From a bacterium (GTDB taxonomy: Bacteria; Patescibacteriota; Patescibacteriia; Patescibacteriales; UBA12465), in contig JAUYNJ010000008.1 of the NCBI GenBank assembly GCA_030696105.1, forward strand, positions 18,030-82,029: 64,000 bases of DNA, read 5' to 3'. The position numbers were made by a program, and so were the translations under genes. Shown here piece by piece: positions 10,903 to 22,162 of the stretch. Numbering within the stretch: position 1 is the first letter of the stretch; every line of letters begins with the position of its first letter. The notes below the pieces were generated by a model that was not told the DNA's origin, made no database searches, and saw nothing but the letters and a program-made list of their open reading frames with translations.

Positions 10903-11352
10903 ATGGCTGAAAAGAAAAGCATCAGATTTGAAATTGCGACCCTTGAAAGAACCTTATTGAAACAAGAGGTTCTTCAGGCGACTATTCCGACGGAGTCAGG
11001 TGAAATTACCGTTCTACCCGAACACATCCCGCTCGTCTCCATCATCAAGCCTGGTGTTATTGAAATAAAAACTCTAGACGGCAATACCGAAATCATCGCG
11101 ATTTCCGGTGGCTTTGTCGAAGTTCTGCGTGAAAAAATTGTCATTCTCGCTGATACGGCTGAACGTGCGGAAGAACTTGATGAGTCTCGCATCATCGAGG
11201 CCCGTAAAACAGCGGAAGAAGCCAAGGTTGAAGCTCTTACTCAAGAGAATTATGATTTATCAGCTGTGGCCGCTCGCCTCGATTTCGAATTAGCTCGCGA
11301 TCGCGCCCTACACAAATGGCGCAAGTTGAAAAATATCAACCCTGGAAAATAG
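10903..11352 (+). CDS. atpC: F-type ATP synthase F1 subunit epsilon
   Basis: Last gene of the operon. It has an N-terminal beta-sandwich region and a C-terminal helical region (AEELDESRIIEARKTAEEAK). Confidence 0.9.
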   Translation: MAEKKSIRFEIATLERTLLKQEVLQATIPTESGEITVLPEHIPLVSIIKPGVIEIKTLDGNTEIIAISGGFVEVLREKIVILADTAERAEELDESRIIEARKTAEEAKVEALTQENYDLSAVAARLDFELARDRALHKWRKLKNINPGK

Positions 11353-11373
11353 TTTAGTTGTCAAAATAAAAAA

Positions 11374-11396
11374 CCTGCCGTTCGGCAGGTTTTTTT
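11374..11396. terminator. Bidirectional rho-independent terminator (atpC / uppP convergent)
   Basis: CCTGCC-gttc-GGCAGG hairpin flanked by an A-run and a T-run. Confidence 0.7.
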
Positions 11397-11406
11397 GGAT
11401 ATTAAG

Positions 11407-12186
11407 TTAGGAGAGAAGAATAAAGCTAAAGAGAATTATCCCTAAAGCAATGCGATACCAGCCGAAGGCTTGGAAGTCATGCTTTTGAATATAGCGTAGG
11501 AAGAATTTAATACCTAAGACGGCAGTAATGAAGGCGGTAATTAAGCCGATAATCCAAATCCATAAGTCATTACCTGCCAGAACGGGTGGCGTTTTATACA
11601 AATCGAGCACAGTGGCGCCGAGCATGGTTGGGAGCGCAAGTAGAAACGAGAATTCGACAATGTTCTTGCGGGATACACCCAGTGATAAGCCACCCATAAT
11701 GGTCGCGGCTGAACGCGATACCCCGGGCACGACCGCTAGTGTCTGAAAGATGCCGATGAGAGCGGCTTGACGATAAGTTATATCCTCAAGAGGAATTTCT
11801 GCCTGTACTTTTTTCTTCGCAAAATATCGCTCTAGTATAATTAAGATAATACCACCGACGAGCAGGGCTCCGGCGATAAGAGGAAGGCTGTCTAGTAAAT
11901 AGTTTTTTACCACCCCGTAAATCGCAAAGCCGATAATGGCGGTTGGGATAAAGGCGGCGATGATTTTTAATATAATCTTCGGATTTTGTAGAATTCTTTT
12001 CGCGTATAAGACTGCGACGGAGAGAATCGCGCCCAGCTGGATAGAAATGAGGAAGCTGCTAAGAAACTCGCTCTCAGGAAGGCGTAAGGCCTTTGAGGCG
12101 ATGATGAGGTGGGCGGTGGAGGAGATGGGTAGGAATTCGGTGATTCCTTCAATAAGGCCGAGAATAATGGAATGTAGATAAGTCAT
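11407..12186 (-). CDS. uppP: Undecaprenyl-diphosphate phosphatase
   Basis: Motif GLIEGITEFLPISSTAHL plus a polytopic BacA/UppP layout. ATG 12186 is preferred, because the track's longer start would overlap the groES promoter. Confidence 0.9.
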   Translation of the reverse strand: MTYLHSIILGLIEGITEFLPISSTAHLIIASKALRLPESEFLSSFLISIQLGAILSVAVLYAKRILQNPKIILKIIAAFIPTAIIGFAIYGVVKNYLLDSLPLIAGALLVGGIILIILERYFAKKKVQAEIPLEDITYRQAALIGIFQTLAVVPGVSRSAATIMGGLSLGVSRKNIVEFSFLLALPTMLGATVLDLYKTPPVLAGNDLWIWIIGLITAFITAVLGIKFFLRYIQKHDFQAFGWYRIALGIILFSFILLS

Positions 12187-12251
12187 AAATAATACATTGT
12201 TATTACTAACCTTGATTATATCGTAAAGGGGGTGAGTCTTCAAATGGATTC

Positions 12252-12280
12252 TTGACACTGGTCGGAAAATGCTCTAAAAT
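12252..12280 (+). promoter_or_regulatory. groESL promoter
   Basis: TTGACA (12252-12257), a 17-nt spacer, then TAAAAT (12275-12280). Confidence 0.6.
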
Positions 12281-12290
12281 AGGCTTAGGC

Positions 12291-12317
12291 TTAGCAGTCT
12301 ACAATTAAGACTGCTAA
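12291..12317 (+). promoter_or_regulatory. CIRCE operator (HrcA binding site)
   Basis: TTAGCAGTC-N9-GACTGCTAA is a perfect inverted repeat matching the CIRCE consensus TTAGCACTC-N9-GAGTGCTAA. It starts 10 nt after the -10 box. Confidence 0.8.
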
Positions 12318-12411
12318 AATAACAATAATAAAAAATATATTAATATTAGCAAATAATTAAAGATAAGTAATCGTAATAATTACTTTCTTGATTAATTTGC
12401 CCTTCTGATTT

Positions 12412-12702
12412 ATGAAACTGAGACCACTCTCAAATCACGTCATCGTGAAAGCTGCCGCCCAGGAGGAAATGACCAAGTCCGGCATCGTTTTACCTGGCGC
12501 CTCCGAAAAAGAAAGGCCGGAAAAGGGCGAGATCATTGCCGTTGGTCCGGGTAAACAACTTGAGAACGGACAGATTGCTCCAATGAATGTTAAAATCGGT
12601 GACCAGGTCGTCTTTAAAAAGTATTCACCGGACGAAATTAAGATTGATGGTGAGGAATATTTAATTCTCGAGGAAAGCGACATTGTCGCAATTATTGATT
12701 AA
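12412..12702 (+). CDS. groES: Co-chaperonin GroES
   Basis: 96 aa: LRPLSNHVIVK...KSGIVLPG...GEIIAVGPG. Confidence 0.95.
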   Translation: MKLRPLSNHVIVKAAAQEEMTKSGIVLPGASEKERPEKGEIIAVGPGKQLENGQIAPMNVKIGDQVVFKKYSPDEIKIDGEEYLILEESDIVAIID

Positions 12703-12708
12703 GCATAA

Positions 12709-14388
<1,680 letters not shown>

Positions 14389-14413
14389 GAATAATCTATA
14401 CTTTAGCCAAAAA

Positions 14414-14436
14414 GGGACTCGCGACAGTCCCTTTTT
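14414..14436 (+). terminator. Rho-independent terminator after groEL
   Basis: GGGACT-cgcgac-AGTCCC hairpin followed by TTTTT. Confidence 0.7.
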
Positions 14437-14510
14437 GTTTTGCTGTAATCAGCTTGGTTAGGAGCAATTATTTTGCTATAATATGATTATAAAAATAACA
14501 CTTTAAGTAT

Positions 14511-15005
14511 ATGAAACGCGTGTCTAAACTCAAAAAAGTAATTAAGAAGAAAGAGACTGTCGTCGCAGTTTCTGGTTATTTTAATCCGCTTCACGTCGGA
14601 CATCTCGAGATGATAAGATTGGCTAAGAGATTGGGGGATAAGCTCGTTGTTATTGTTAACAACGACAAGCAAGTTGCATTGAAAGGGCGCGTCTCATTTA
14701 TGCCAGAGCGTGATCGCGTCGAAATCATCAAAGCCTTGCGTGACGTTGACCGGGTTGTGTTAGCGGTTGACGATTATCGCTGGCCTGACGGGGAAATTCC
14801 GGTTATTAAAACACTCGCCAAGGTGAGACCAAACATTTTTGCTAATGGCGGTGACCGACACAACTTGGCCAATGTGCCTGAGTTTGAGGTGTGTCAAAAG
14901 TATAATATTAAGATGGTTGATGGTTTGGGTAAGAAAATTAGAGCTAGCTCGCAATTAATAGCTGCGGCGGCGATAAAAAAGGCAAAGCTAAAAGTAAAAA
15001 AATAA
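14511..15005 (+). CDS. Cytidylyltransferase-like nucleotidyltransferase (HxGH family; RfaE-II/TagD-like)
   Basis: 164 aa with VSGYFNPLHVGHLEM (HxGH motif). Promoter TTGGTT-N17-TATAAT lies at 14454-14482. Confidence 0.65.
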   Translation: MKRVSKLKKVIKKKETVVAVSGYFNPLHVGHLEMIRLAKRLGDKLVVIVNNDKQVALKGRVSFMPERDRVEIIKALRDVDRVVLAVDDYRWPDGEIPVIKTLAKVRPNIFANGGDRHNLANVPEFEVCQKYNIKMVDGLGKKIRASSQLIAAAAIKKAKLKVKK

Positions 15006-15009
15006 GAAA

Positions 15010-15909
15010 ATGAAATATTTACGTTACACAATTTATACAGCGATTGTCCTGCTGGTCGTGATATCGATATTGAATGTTATTACCGGCGGCAGGGTTTCTG
15101 CGCGCCTGGAGCGATTATTTGCAAAGGAAGAACCGGCAACAATAGCACTGCGTGAAGAGAAAACGGTGCGCTTTATTGAGGGCTGGACAAACAAAGAGAT
15201 GTCGCAGTATCTTGAGGGTCAAGGCTTGTGGCAGAGTGAAGAAGTGCTGGCAGTAATTGGTTTTCCGCAAGTAGACTATAGTCGTGAAACTGAATTGCCC
15301 GCACCTCTCGATCTTTCCGAGCGTTACGATTTCTTAAAAGATAAACCAACGAATCGCGGACTTGAAGGATATTTATATCCCGACACCTACCGCGTTTTTG
15401 CGGCTAGTTCGACGCCGGCTGAGTTAGTGATAAAAATGTTGGATAATCTTAATCGACGTTTGACGCCGCAGATGCGTGAAGATATTGCTAGTCAAGGAAG
15501 GACAGTTTATGAAATTATGACGATGGCTTCGATTTTAGAAAGAGAAGCACCGATTAATTATGCGACTTCTGATAATAAAGATGCGCGCATTATTTCTGGT
15601 ATATTTTGGGATCGCATTAAAGTCGGTCAAGCTTTACAGTCCTGTGCCTCACTTGCCTATATTCTTGGTGTGAATAAACCTCAGTATAGCGCGGAAGATA
15701 CTATGATTGAGTCTCCTTACAATACCTATAAATATCGCGGTCTGCCTCCAGGTCCAATTAGTAATCCTGGCATCTTGGCAATTGAAGCAGCAATTTATCC
15801 GACAAAAACAAATTATAATTATTTCCTGACACCGGCTGGCACAAGTGATATTATTTACGCTGCTACCTATCAAGAACACTTGAACAACAAGTATAAATAT
15901 TTGCCATAA
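15010..15909 (+). CDS. mltG: Endolytic murein transglycosylase MltG (YceG-like)
   Basis: N-terminal TM helix plus YceG motifs LEGYLYPDTY, ASILEREA and YNTYKYRGLPPGPISNPG. Confidence 0.85.
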   Translation: MKYLRYTIYTAIVLLVVISILNVITGGRVSARLERLFAKEEPATIALREEKTVRFIEGWTNKEMSQYLEGQGLWQSEEVLAVIGFPQVDYSRETELPAPLDLSERYDFLKDKPTNRGLEGYLYPDTYRVFAASSTPAELVIKMLDNLNRRLTPQMREDIASQGRTVYEIMTMASILEREAPINYATSDNKDARIISGIFWDRIKVGQALQSCASLAYILGVNKPQYSAEDTMIESPYNTYKYRGLPPGPISNPGILAIEAAIYPTKTNYNYFLTPAGTSDIIYAATYQEHLNNKYKYLP

Positions 15910-15913
15910 TATT

Positions 15914-18298
15914 ATGTTCGAACAGACTGATCTAAACGGAAAGACAGGGGAGAAGCCCGTTAGTGGGGCAAATAATTTTATTGACCCAGCCGGCGCGCGA
16001 GATATACCAGGCGATGGGATTGATAATAAAAAAAGGAAGCTACTCGTAATTGGCACCATCTTTGTCTTAATTGTTATTGCCTTTGCTACCTGGTTTTTGG
16101 TGCGTAGTTTTAGGATTGCGACTCATGACCCGTCAGACGATGTGACGGCAACTACAACTGAGCCAACGTATCTTGGCGGACTACAGCCAGAAGGAGATGA
16201 TGGCGACTTGGATGAGGATGGCGTTGCGGGCGAGGGCAATGAGGTTGAGTACATGTCATTCGCTGACTTTTATCAGCAACCAGCCGAACGTGTGAATGCG
16301 GACTCATACGCTACTTACGACTTGCCGCTCAATGTTAAAGTTGACGTGGCAAACTATTATGAACTTTCACGTAAACTAAATCTCGAGGGTGGACTAACTG
16401 CTTTGAATAATCAGGGCTTTGTAGTTATAGATAACCCTTTTGCTAAGGAGGCCCCGGATTTTTATGCGCTGACATCACTGCTTGATCAGAAACAAATACC
16501 GCTATATGTGAGCGCTGACTTTATTTCCTATTATTATCAAAATGCCCTTAAGGCAGCTTTTAAGGACGTGGAAGAAGGCGTCTTTTTTGATAGTCTTTGG
16601 CAGATCAGTAAGGCATTATATGATAGTTCCCGCGCCCGTTACGAGGCGCACTTCTCCGAAGTTGGCACCCGTAACGACCGTATTTTAGAAGGCGAGCGTT
16701 TACAAACAGCCTTCTTTGCCGTCGCTCTCGAGCTGCTCAAACCACAAGTTGACCAAGTCGACACGGAGAATAAATTCAATGCGGGTAAGTTCAGTGTGCA
16801 AGAAAAACAGCGCCTCGATTTCACTGTCCCGTCTTATTTACGCGATGATGTGATAAAAGAGCTTGAACTAATTCGTTCTTCGAGAGAAAAAAAGAAGTCT
16901 CCTGTTTTGCTTTACGATCGTGATTACAAAGATTTCCTGGTGCCGGCGGAGTATAAAGATAATGCCCGCTTAAATAATTTCTATTTAGCGGCCGCTTGGT
17001 TAAATTCAGTTTTTCCTCTCAACTACCGCGACGAAACTTGTGCCGACTGTCTACTAGACCGCGATGACTGGCGCATTAATTTTACAGCCGCCTCTTTAAT
17101 CGCGCAGGACTTTGCAAAGAATCAGGAATTAAAAAATGAATGGGCCCGTGTCTATAAGACGATGTCATTCTTTAAGGGTCTGCGTGATACTTGGGATTAT
17201 GTCGGCTATCGTGACAGCGCTAAAAATTTGTTTGGTGAAGATTATGACATTGCTCTTGTCTTCGCGGAGGACGCGCCTGAGGGTGAAGAGAACATGCAAA
17301 AATTAAGACGTGAACTGCTTGCGCGTACAGTGGTACCGATGCAGGGCGGCTTGAGCTTGCAAACAATGGAAGGTTATAAGCGGGCTGGCTTTCAATTTTT
17401 AGCAGATTTTTACTGGCCAAATGAATTTATTTTTGGTCGCGTGAGCTATCCCACGGTTGGGGTCTATCAGGGCGGAGACAGGCCAGCTGGCGGCAATGTA
17501 ACTGCATGTATGTTTGATAGACGTAATCAGCGCTGCCAAGGTTCGGGGCAAGATATTTTGAAAATGATTTATCCTGACTGGACTAGCACTGCATATTTAG
17601 AAAATTCTAACTACGCCAATTATAACACAGCGATGTCTGCTTTGCGCCCGCAAGCGAACGAGGCCATGAAGGGACAATTAAACAATTACTGGTCGTCATT
17701 ATTTATTTGGCAAAATCATCTCAATGCGGCTTCTGAGAATTTACCACCATATTTGCGCACCACGGCCTGGACAGAGCGAAAGGCGATTAGTGCCCTCGGT
17801 GCCTGGACAGACATGCAGTTACCAGCCGATAAACTGACTTTACGGAAACAAGATTATACCACCGGCTTAGCGATATTGAGCGATGCTCCTGATTTTGCTT
17901 TAGTTGAGCCCTCTGTCGTCTTCTACGATCGCTTGCTTGCACATAACCGCATGATTTTAGAGATGTTTCAGGCGCTTGGTTTGGGTGAAAGATCAACGCT
18001 TGCGACTAACAGATTGCGTGACTCCTATCGTCAGCTTGAAAACTTGCGCACCATCGCGGAAAAGCAGTCAAAGGGCGAAAAACTCGTAGCTGAAGATACG
18101 CAAGTCATTCGTGAATTTGCACGTATGCAAACGGTAGAGAAGGCGGGTAGTAAAATATTGTCTTGGAGTAATGGCTTCCTCGGCGCAACCCTAAAAGAAA
18201 GACTCCACTTGCCCTCACTGATGGTTATTGCGCATAAAGCGGGTGAGGAAATAGTTTTCGCCGTCGGCCCAGTCTTTAATTATCAGGAGAGTAAATAA
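15914..18298 (+). CDS. Large membrane-anchored extracytoplasmic protein of unknown function (possibly DUF3160-like; unverified)
   Basis: 794 aa with one TM helix (LLVIGTIFVLIVIAFATWFLV), an acidic linker and a ~650-aa domain. The family assignment is from memory only. Confidence 0.6.
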   Translation: MFEQTDLNGKTGEKPVSGANNFIDPAGARDIPGDGIDNKKRKLLVIGTIFVLIVIAFATWFLVRSFRIATHDPSDDVTATTTEPTYLGGLQPEGDDGDLDEDGVAGEGNEVEYMSFADFYQQPAERVNADSYATYDLPLNVKVDVANYYELSRKLNLEGGLTALNNQGFVVIDNPFAKEAPDFYALTSLLDQKQIPLYVSADFISYYYQNALKAAFKDVEEGVFFDSLWQISKALYDSSRARYEAHFSEVGTRNDRILEGERLQTAFFAVALELLKPQVDQVDTENKFNAGKFSVQEKQRLDFTVPSYLRDDVIKELELIRSSREKKKSPVLLYDRDYKDFLVPAEYKDNARLNNFYLAAAWLNSVFPLNYRDETCADCLLDRDDWRINFTAASLIAQDFAKNQELKNEWARVYKTMSFFKGLRDTWDYVGYRDSAKNLFGEDYDIALVFAEDAPEGEENMQKLRRELLARTVVPMQGGLSLQTMEGYKRAGFQFLADFYWPNEFIFGRVSYPTVGVYQGGDRPAGGNVTACMFDRRNQRCQGSGQDILKMIYPDWTSTAYLENSNYANYNTAMSALRPQANEAMKGQLNNYWSSLFIWQNHLNAASENLPPYLRTTAWTERKAISALGAWTDMQLPADKLTLRKQDYTTGLAILSDAPDFALVEPSVVFYDRLLAHNRMILEMFQALGLGERSTLATNRLRDSYRQLENLRTIAEKQSKGEKLVAEDTQVIREFARMQTVEKAGSKILSWSNGFLGATLKERLHLPSLMVIAHKAGEEIVFAVGPVFNYQESK

Positions 18299-18318
18299 AT
18301 AATCTAGAGAATTATAAA

Positions 18319-18345
18319 AGCACCTGTCACCAGGTGCTTTTTTTG
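18319..18345. terminator. Rho-independent terminator
   Basis: AGCACCTG-tcac-CAGGTGCT hairpin followed by a T-run, between convergent genes. Confidence 0.7.
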
Positions 18346-18365
18346 ATTTCGATTAATAATTAATG

Positions 18366-20282
18366 CTACCTAATATACTCAAACACATGCACGTCGCCCT
18401 GGTTTAGTCTTTGCCAGCTATCGGCGCTTAGTTTGGCTTCGGCAATGATCTTGTCACTGGCCCACCAATAACGGTTGATAATTAAGAAAGACCTATCAAC
18501 GCCAACCATCGTCATCGCTCTTGTCATCGTTTCGCGGTCAGCTTTGATATAGACCATGTCTAAAAAGTATTGATACAAAGGACCGCCGGTGGGAATGGGA
18601 TAGAAATACATTTCGTCGCCATTAACTTGCAGGTAGCGCTCGCGAAAGCCGAACTCTCGCAAAGCGGCAGCGCTCACTTGTTGATTAGTGAGCACGATGT
18701 ATTTCTCGCCCGCAGAGAGCTCTTCTGCGGCCCGTACAGCCGCCACATCAGCGGCACTGGTTGAATAGCCACGAGAGTTATGATAGTTATCGAAGCGCGG
18801 ATAGGAGGCGTAGACAGCGACGAGCAGGAGTAAAGATAATCCTATCGCTGTCGATATCTTCGCGGGGCGAGAGAGGGCGAGAGCACGATGAGATGCTTGA
18901 TAAAAGAATTCCCAAAACAAGGGGATGACAATAATTAAGGCAATCACCGGGAGTCTGGCGGCGTAATCATCTTGTTCGTAGGCGATGAGGCCTTCGAAAT
19001 GAAAGCCGCGACTAATTAAGTAAGCAATCATGGCGGCTAGAGCGGAGAGTGCAAGCACTTTAGCAACGCGAAAACTATTACTCTCTTCATTTGGCCACAA
19101 TCGTCTTCTTCCAAAGAAAATTAAAACAAGGGTGGTCAATAATAACCAGAAGTAATTTTTGATGAGGAAGTAAGCTAAGTCTAAGGCGTATGTTTCCTGG
19201 TTGGTTAACACCGGCATCAATAAATCGAGATTGTAACTTTGCAGTTGTAATGGTCCAAAGCCGGCAATCGCCCAGATAGATAAACTAAAGGCGACAATGG
19301 CTGCCCCTAAAATATAGGCAGGCTTGCGGTATACGCGCCATTTACTAATGTGCGGAAGAACTCGAGGCGCTAGTATCCAGGCACTTAAAAAAATGGCAGG
19401 AAGACCAGCGAGCGGATGAACCGCAAAGGCCGCGACGGCAGTTGTGACTGACAATGACCAGGGGGCATTTTTATAGAGAAAGATGATGGTGATGAGCAGT
19501 AGTAGGTAGCTAAAGTTCTGCGGCGTCGTCATGATCAACGGTGAGAAGCCGATGAAGAGCAGGCTGAGACTTGCGAGCCAAGTTGCCGCCTTATCACGGC
19601 GGCCGCGGTGTAAATAGGGAAGTATCAATGCCAGCGAGAGCGCGCTTAAAAGCGGGAGGAGCCACTGATTCACGTAGAAGACGCTAAGGCCAATTTTATC
19701 TAAGAAGGTGACCAGGCTATATTGACCAAGGTAGTATGGAGTTTTTGGGGAAATGAAACCGTAGCGACTGATTTCGGCCATGGCCGCTTGATGAATAAAG
19801 GGGTCAAAGCCATAGCAGAGGCGATAGACAATCGCGGCCACACAAAAAATGCTGACGAAGAAGGAAAATAGTAACACCTTTTTAAATGTCGCGGAAATAT
19901 TACGGCTTAAAGCCAAGATGAGCGCTAAAGCGCTTAAGCTAAGAGCCACAAAGAACCAAGCGCTAACTTCCGTCCAGGGGGTGATTATAGCGCTATCGGT
20001 ACGGGCCTGAAAAGCGATGATAATCGCTGTGATGGCGAGACCGAGGCTAAGAAAGCCGTAAATGAGCCCGCTTATGCTTTTCTCCTCTTGTTCTGATGAG
20101 GGTTTTATTTGGCGAAGAGAGGGGCGGAGAGCGTAATACATGAAGCCGGTGATGAGCAAACTCGCAGCGATGCCAAGCCAATCAAGGGCGTAAAAATAAT
20201 AAACCAGAGCTCCAGCGCTTAAATAAAGCATGAGCAGGATCCAAAAGTCGTAAAAATTGAAGACGAAACGATTGATTTTCAT
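18366..20282 (-). CDS. Polytopic membrane protein with C-terminal soluble domain (GT-C-like glycosyltransferase candidate)
   Basis: 638 aa, with more than 12 hydrophobic segments followed by a ~150-aa hydrophilic C-terminus. It is divergent from another GT-C-like gene. Function is inferred from topology and context only. Confidence 0.5.
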   Translation of the reverse strand: MKINRFVFNFYDFWILLMLYLSAGALVYYFYALDWLGIAASLLITGFMYYALRPSLRQIKPSSEQEEKSISGLIYGFLSLGLAITAIIIAFQARTDSAIITPWTEVSAWFFVALSLSALALILALSRNISATFKKVLLFSFFVSIFCVAAIVYRLCYGFDPFIHQAAMAEISRYGFISPKTPYYLGQYSLVTFLDKIGLSVFYVNQWLLPLLSALSLALILPYLHRGRRDKAATWLASLSLLFIGFSPLIMTTPQNFSYLLLLITIIFLYKNAPWSLSVTTAVAAFAVHPLAGLPAIFLSAWILAPRVLPHISKWRVYRKPAYILGAAIVAFSLSIWAIAGFGPLQLQSYNLDLLMPVLTNQETYALDLAYFLIKNYFWLLLTTLVLIFFGRRRLWPNEESNSFRVAKVLALSALAAMIAYLISRGFHFEGLIAYEQDDYAARLPVIALIIVIPLFWEFFYQASHRALALSRPAKISTAIGLSLLLLVAVYASYPRFDNYHNSRGYSTSAADVAAVRAAEELSAGEKYIVLTNQQVSAAALREFGFRERYLQVNGDEMYFYPIPTGGPLYQYFLDMVYIKADRETMTRAMTMVGVDRSFLIINRYWWASDKIIAEAKLSADSWQRLNQGDVHVFEYIR

Positions 20283-20365
20283 ATTACTAATATCATAGCA
20301 AATTCTTGCTAATTCGGGTAATTTTGGCTACTATAAGAATGTGAGTTATTAAGGCCGTATTACCT

Positions 20366-22150
20366 ATGAAATTACGCTGGTTTTGGCAAAAATTAGACTA
20401 TATTATCCTCGCTCTGCTCGTGGTCGGTTTTTTTGTCGCGAGCTCCCTGTTTAATTACTATACTCAAGAGCCAGGTTATGTTAAATTTCTGTCTCCCGAT
20501 GAAACAGCGAACTATTTTTTTGCACGTCACTATGCGGAGTCGGGCGTAATCTCGGTTTTTGAACCTGCAAACCTTATCGCGGAAGAAGTGGTACAGCCAC
20601 GTAGCATCCGCAGCGATCACGGCTGGTTAAAACCGGTTAGCTTCCTCGGCATTATTTTAGTATATGGCAAAATCGCCTCGGTTTTTGGAACGGGCGTAAT
20701 TCCATATTTAACACCCTTCTTTGCCTCGCTAGGAATACTATTTTTCTATGGCTTCGTGCGCAAGCTGTTTGGTCGACAAGCAGCCATCATCGCCGCGAGT
20801 CTATTGGCTGCTTTCCCGGTATATTTTTTCTACACCACGCGCAGCATGTTTCACAATATTATCTTCACCTTCTTTTTGCTGGGAGGGGCTTTCTTTTTAG
20901 TGTACAGCGTTGGTCCAAAGGAGAATGAGAAGACGAAGTTTCTTAGCTTTAAATTAAAAGCGAGTCAGTGGTGGATGTTTTTGTGGTCATTTCTCGCGGG
21001 TATATGTTTTGGTGGTGCTGCCGGAGCGCGCTCATCTGAATTACTTTGGCTTGCACCGGTTTTATTTATCGCCTGGCTATTTTATGCCCGCCGTCTCGGT
21101 CTTACCCGTCTTGTACTAATGGCGAGCGGGATTATTCTAGCCTTATTACCAATATTTTATTGGAATCAAATTTTATACTCCTCTCCTTTTTACGGCGGCT
21201 ACGGGGAAATGAATCAGTCGATATCGCAAATTACAAAGGCGAGCAGCAACCTAGTGCAATCAACGGTCAAAGGTAACTTTTCTCAGTATCGCGCGGTCGC
21301 TGATACTTTAATGGAGAATATTTTTTACTTTGGTTATCAGCCTTATCAATCACTGAAGATGTTTTATTATTACGTCGTTGTGATGTTTCCGATTTTGGTC
21401 GGACTGGCTTTCGTTGGGGGCATTGTCTTTCTGACGCGACTGCGCCGAAAATCAATACGACCGGCGATGCTTTATATTGTTTCTTGGATTGTATTGTCTG
21501 TGATTCTTGTATTTTACTACGGTTCCTGGAAATTTAATGATAATCCTGACCCTAGTCGCTTCACCATTGGTAATTCCTATACACGCTACTGGCTACCGAT
21601 GTATATTATGGCACTTCCGTTCGCGGCTTTAGCAATAAGTTTTTTTGCGCGCCTGTTGTCTAAGATTGTCTGGCTTAAACCAGGCGTCGAATGGCGCACG
21701 CGTTCTCGTCGGCTAATTGCCGATGGGTCCGCCTTCATGATGACCGGCTTAGTGATGTTTTTCTTCTTCATTTTTACCGTTTTTGGCTCCGAAGAAGGGC
21801 TGATTAATTTGTATTATAATCACGCGATTGATAAGGCTAACGCTGAGGCAATATTGGAAATAACTCCTGAAAATGCTATAATAATGACCCAGTATCATGA
21901 TAAGCAGTTATTTCCCGATCGTAAGGTTATTAATGCCTTACTGACAAACGATACAGTGAATGCGAGCGTGGGTAAAATTCTGGAACATTATCCGGTATAT
22001 TATTTCAATTTTGCTTTTCCCGAAAAAGATCTCATATATTTAAATGAAAGGCGCCTACCAAACTTCGGCTTTACCCTTGAGTTACTGATGAGGCGTGGCC
22101 GTTTTGGCCTGTATGAGTTAAAAGCAATTGAAGAGCTGCCGGCTCAGTAA
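20366..22150 (+). CDS. GT-C family glycosyltransferase (ArnT/PMT, GT39/83-like)
   Basis: 594 aa and polytopic. The N-terminal loop SPDETANYFFARHYAESG resembles the Asp/Glu-containing first periplasmic loop of ArnT/PMT_2 enzymes. Confidence 0.6.
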   Translation: MKLRWFWQKLDYIILALLVVGFFVASSLFNYYTQEPGYVKFLSPDETANYFFARHYAESGVISVFEPANLIAEEVVQPRSIRSDHGWLKPVSFLGIILVYGKIASVFGTGVIPYLTPFFASLGILFFYGFVRKLFGRQAAIIAASLLAAFPVYFFYTTRSMFHNIIFTFFLLGGAFFLVYSVGPKENEKTKFLSFKLKASQWWMFLWSFLAGICFGGAAGARSSELLWLAPVLFIAWLFYARRLGLTRLVLMASGIILALLPIFYWNQILYSSPFYGGYGEMNQSISQITKASSNLVQSTVKGNFSQYRAVADTLMENIFYFGYQPYQSLKMFYYYVVVMFPILVGLAFVGGIVFLTRLRRKSIRPAMLYIVSWIVLSVILVFYYGSWKFNDNPDPSRFTIGNSYTRYWLPMYIMALPFAALAISFFARLLSKIVWLKPGVEWRTRSRRLIADGSAFMMTGLVMFFFFIFTVFGSEEGLINLYYNHAIDKANAEAILEITPENAIIMTQYHDKQLFPDRKVINALLTNDTVNASVGKILEHYPVYYFNFAFPEKDLIYLNERRLPNFGFTLELLMRRGRFGLYELKAIEELPAQ

Positions 22151-22162
22151 AAACTTTACTCT

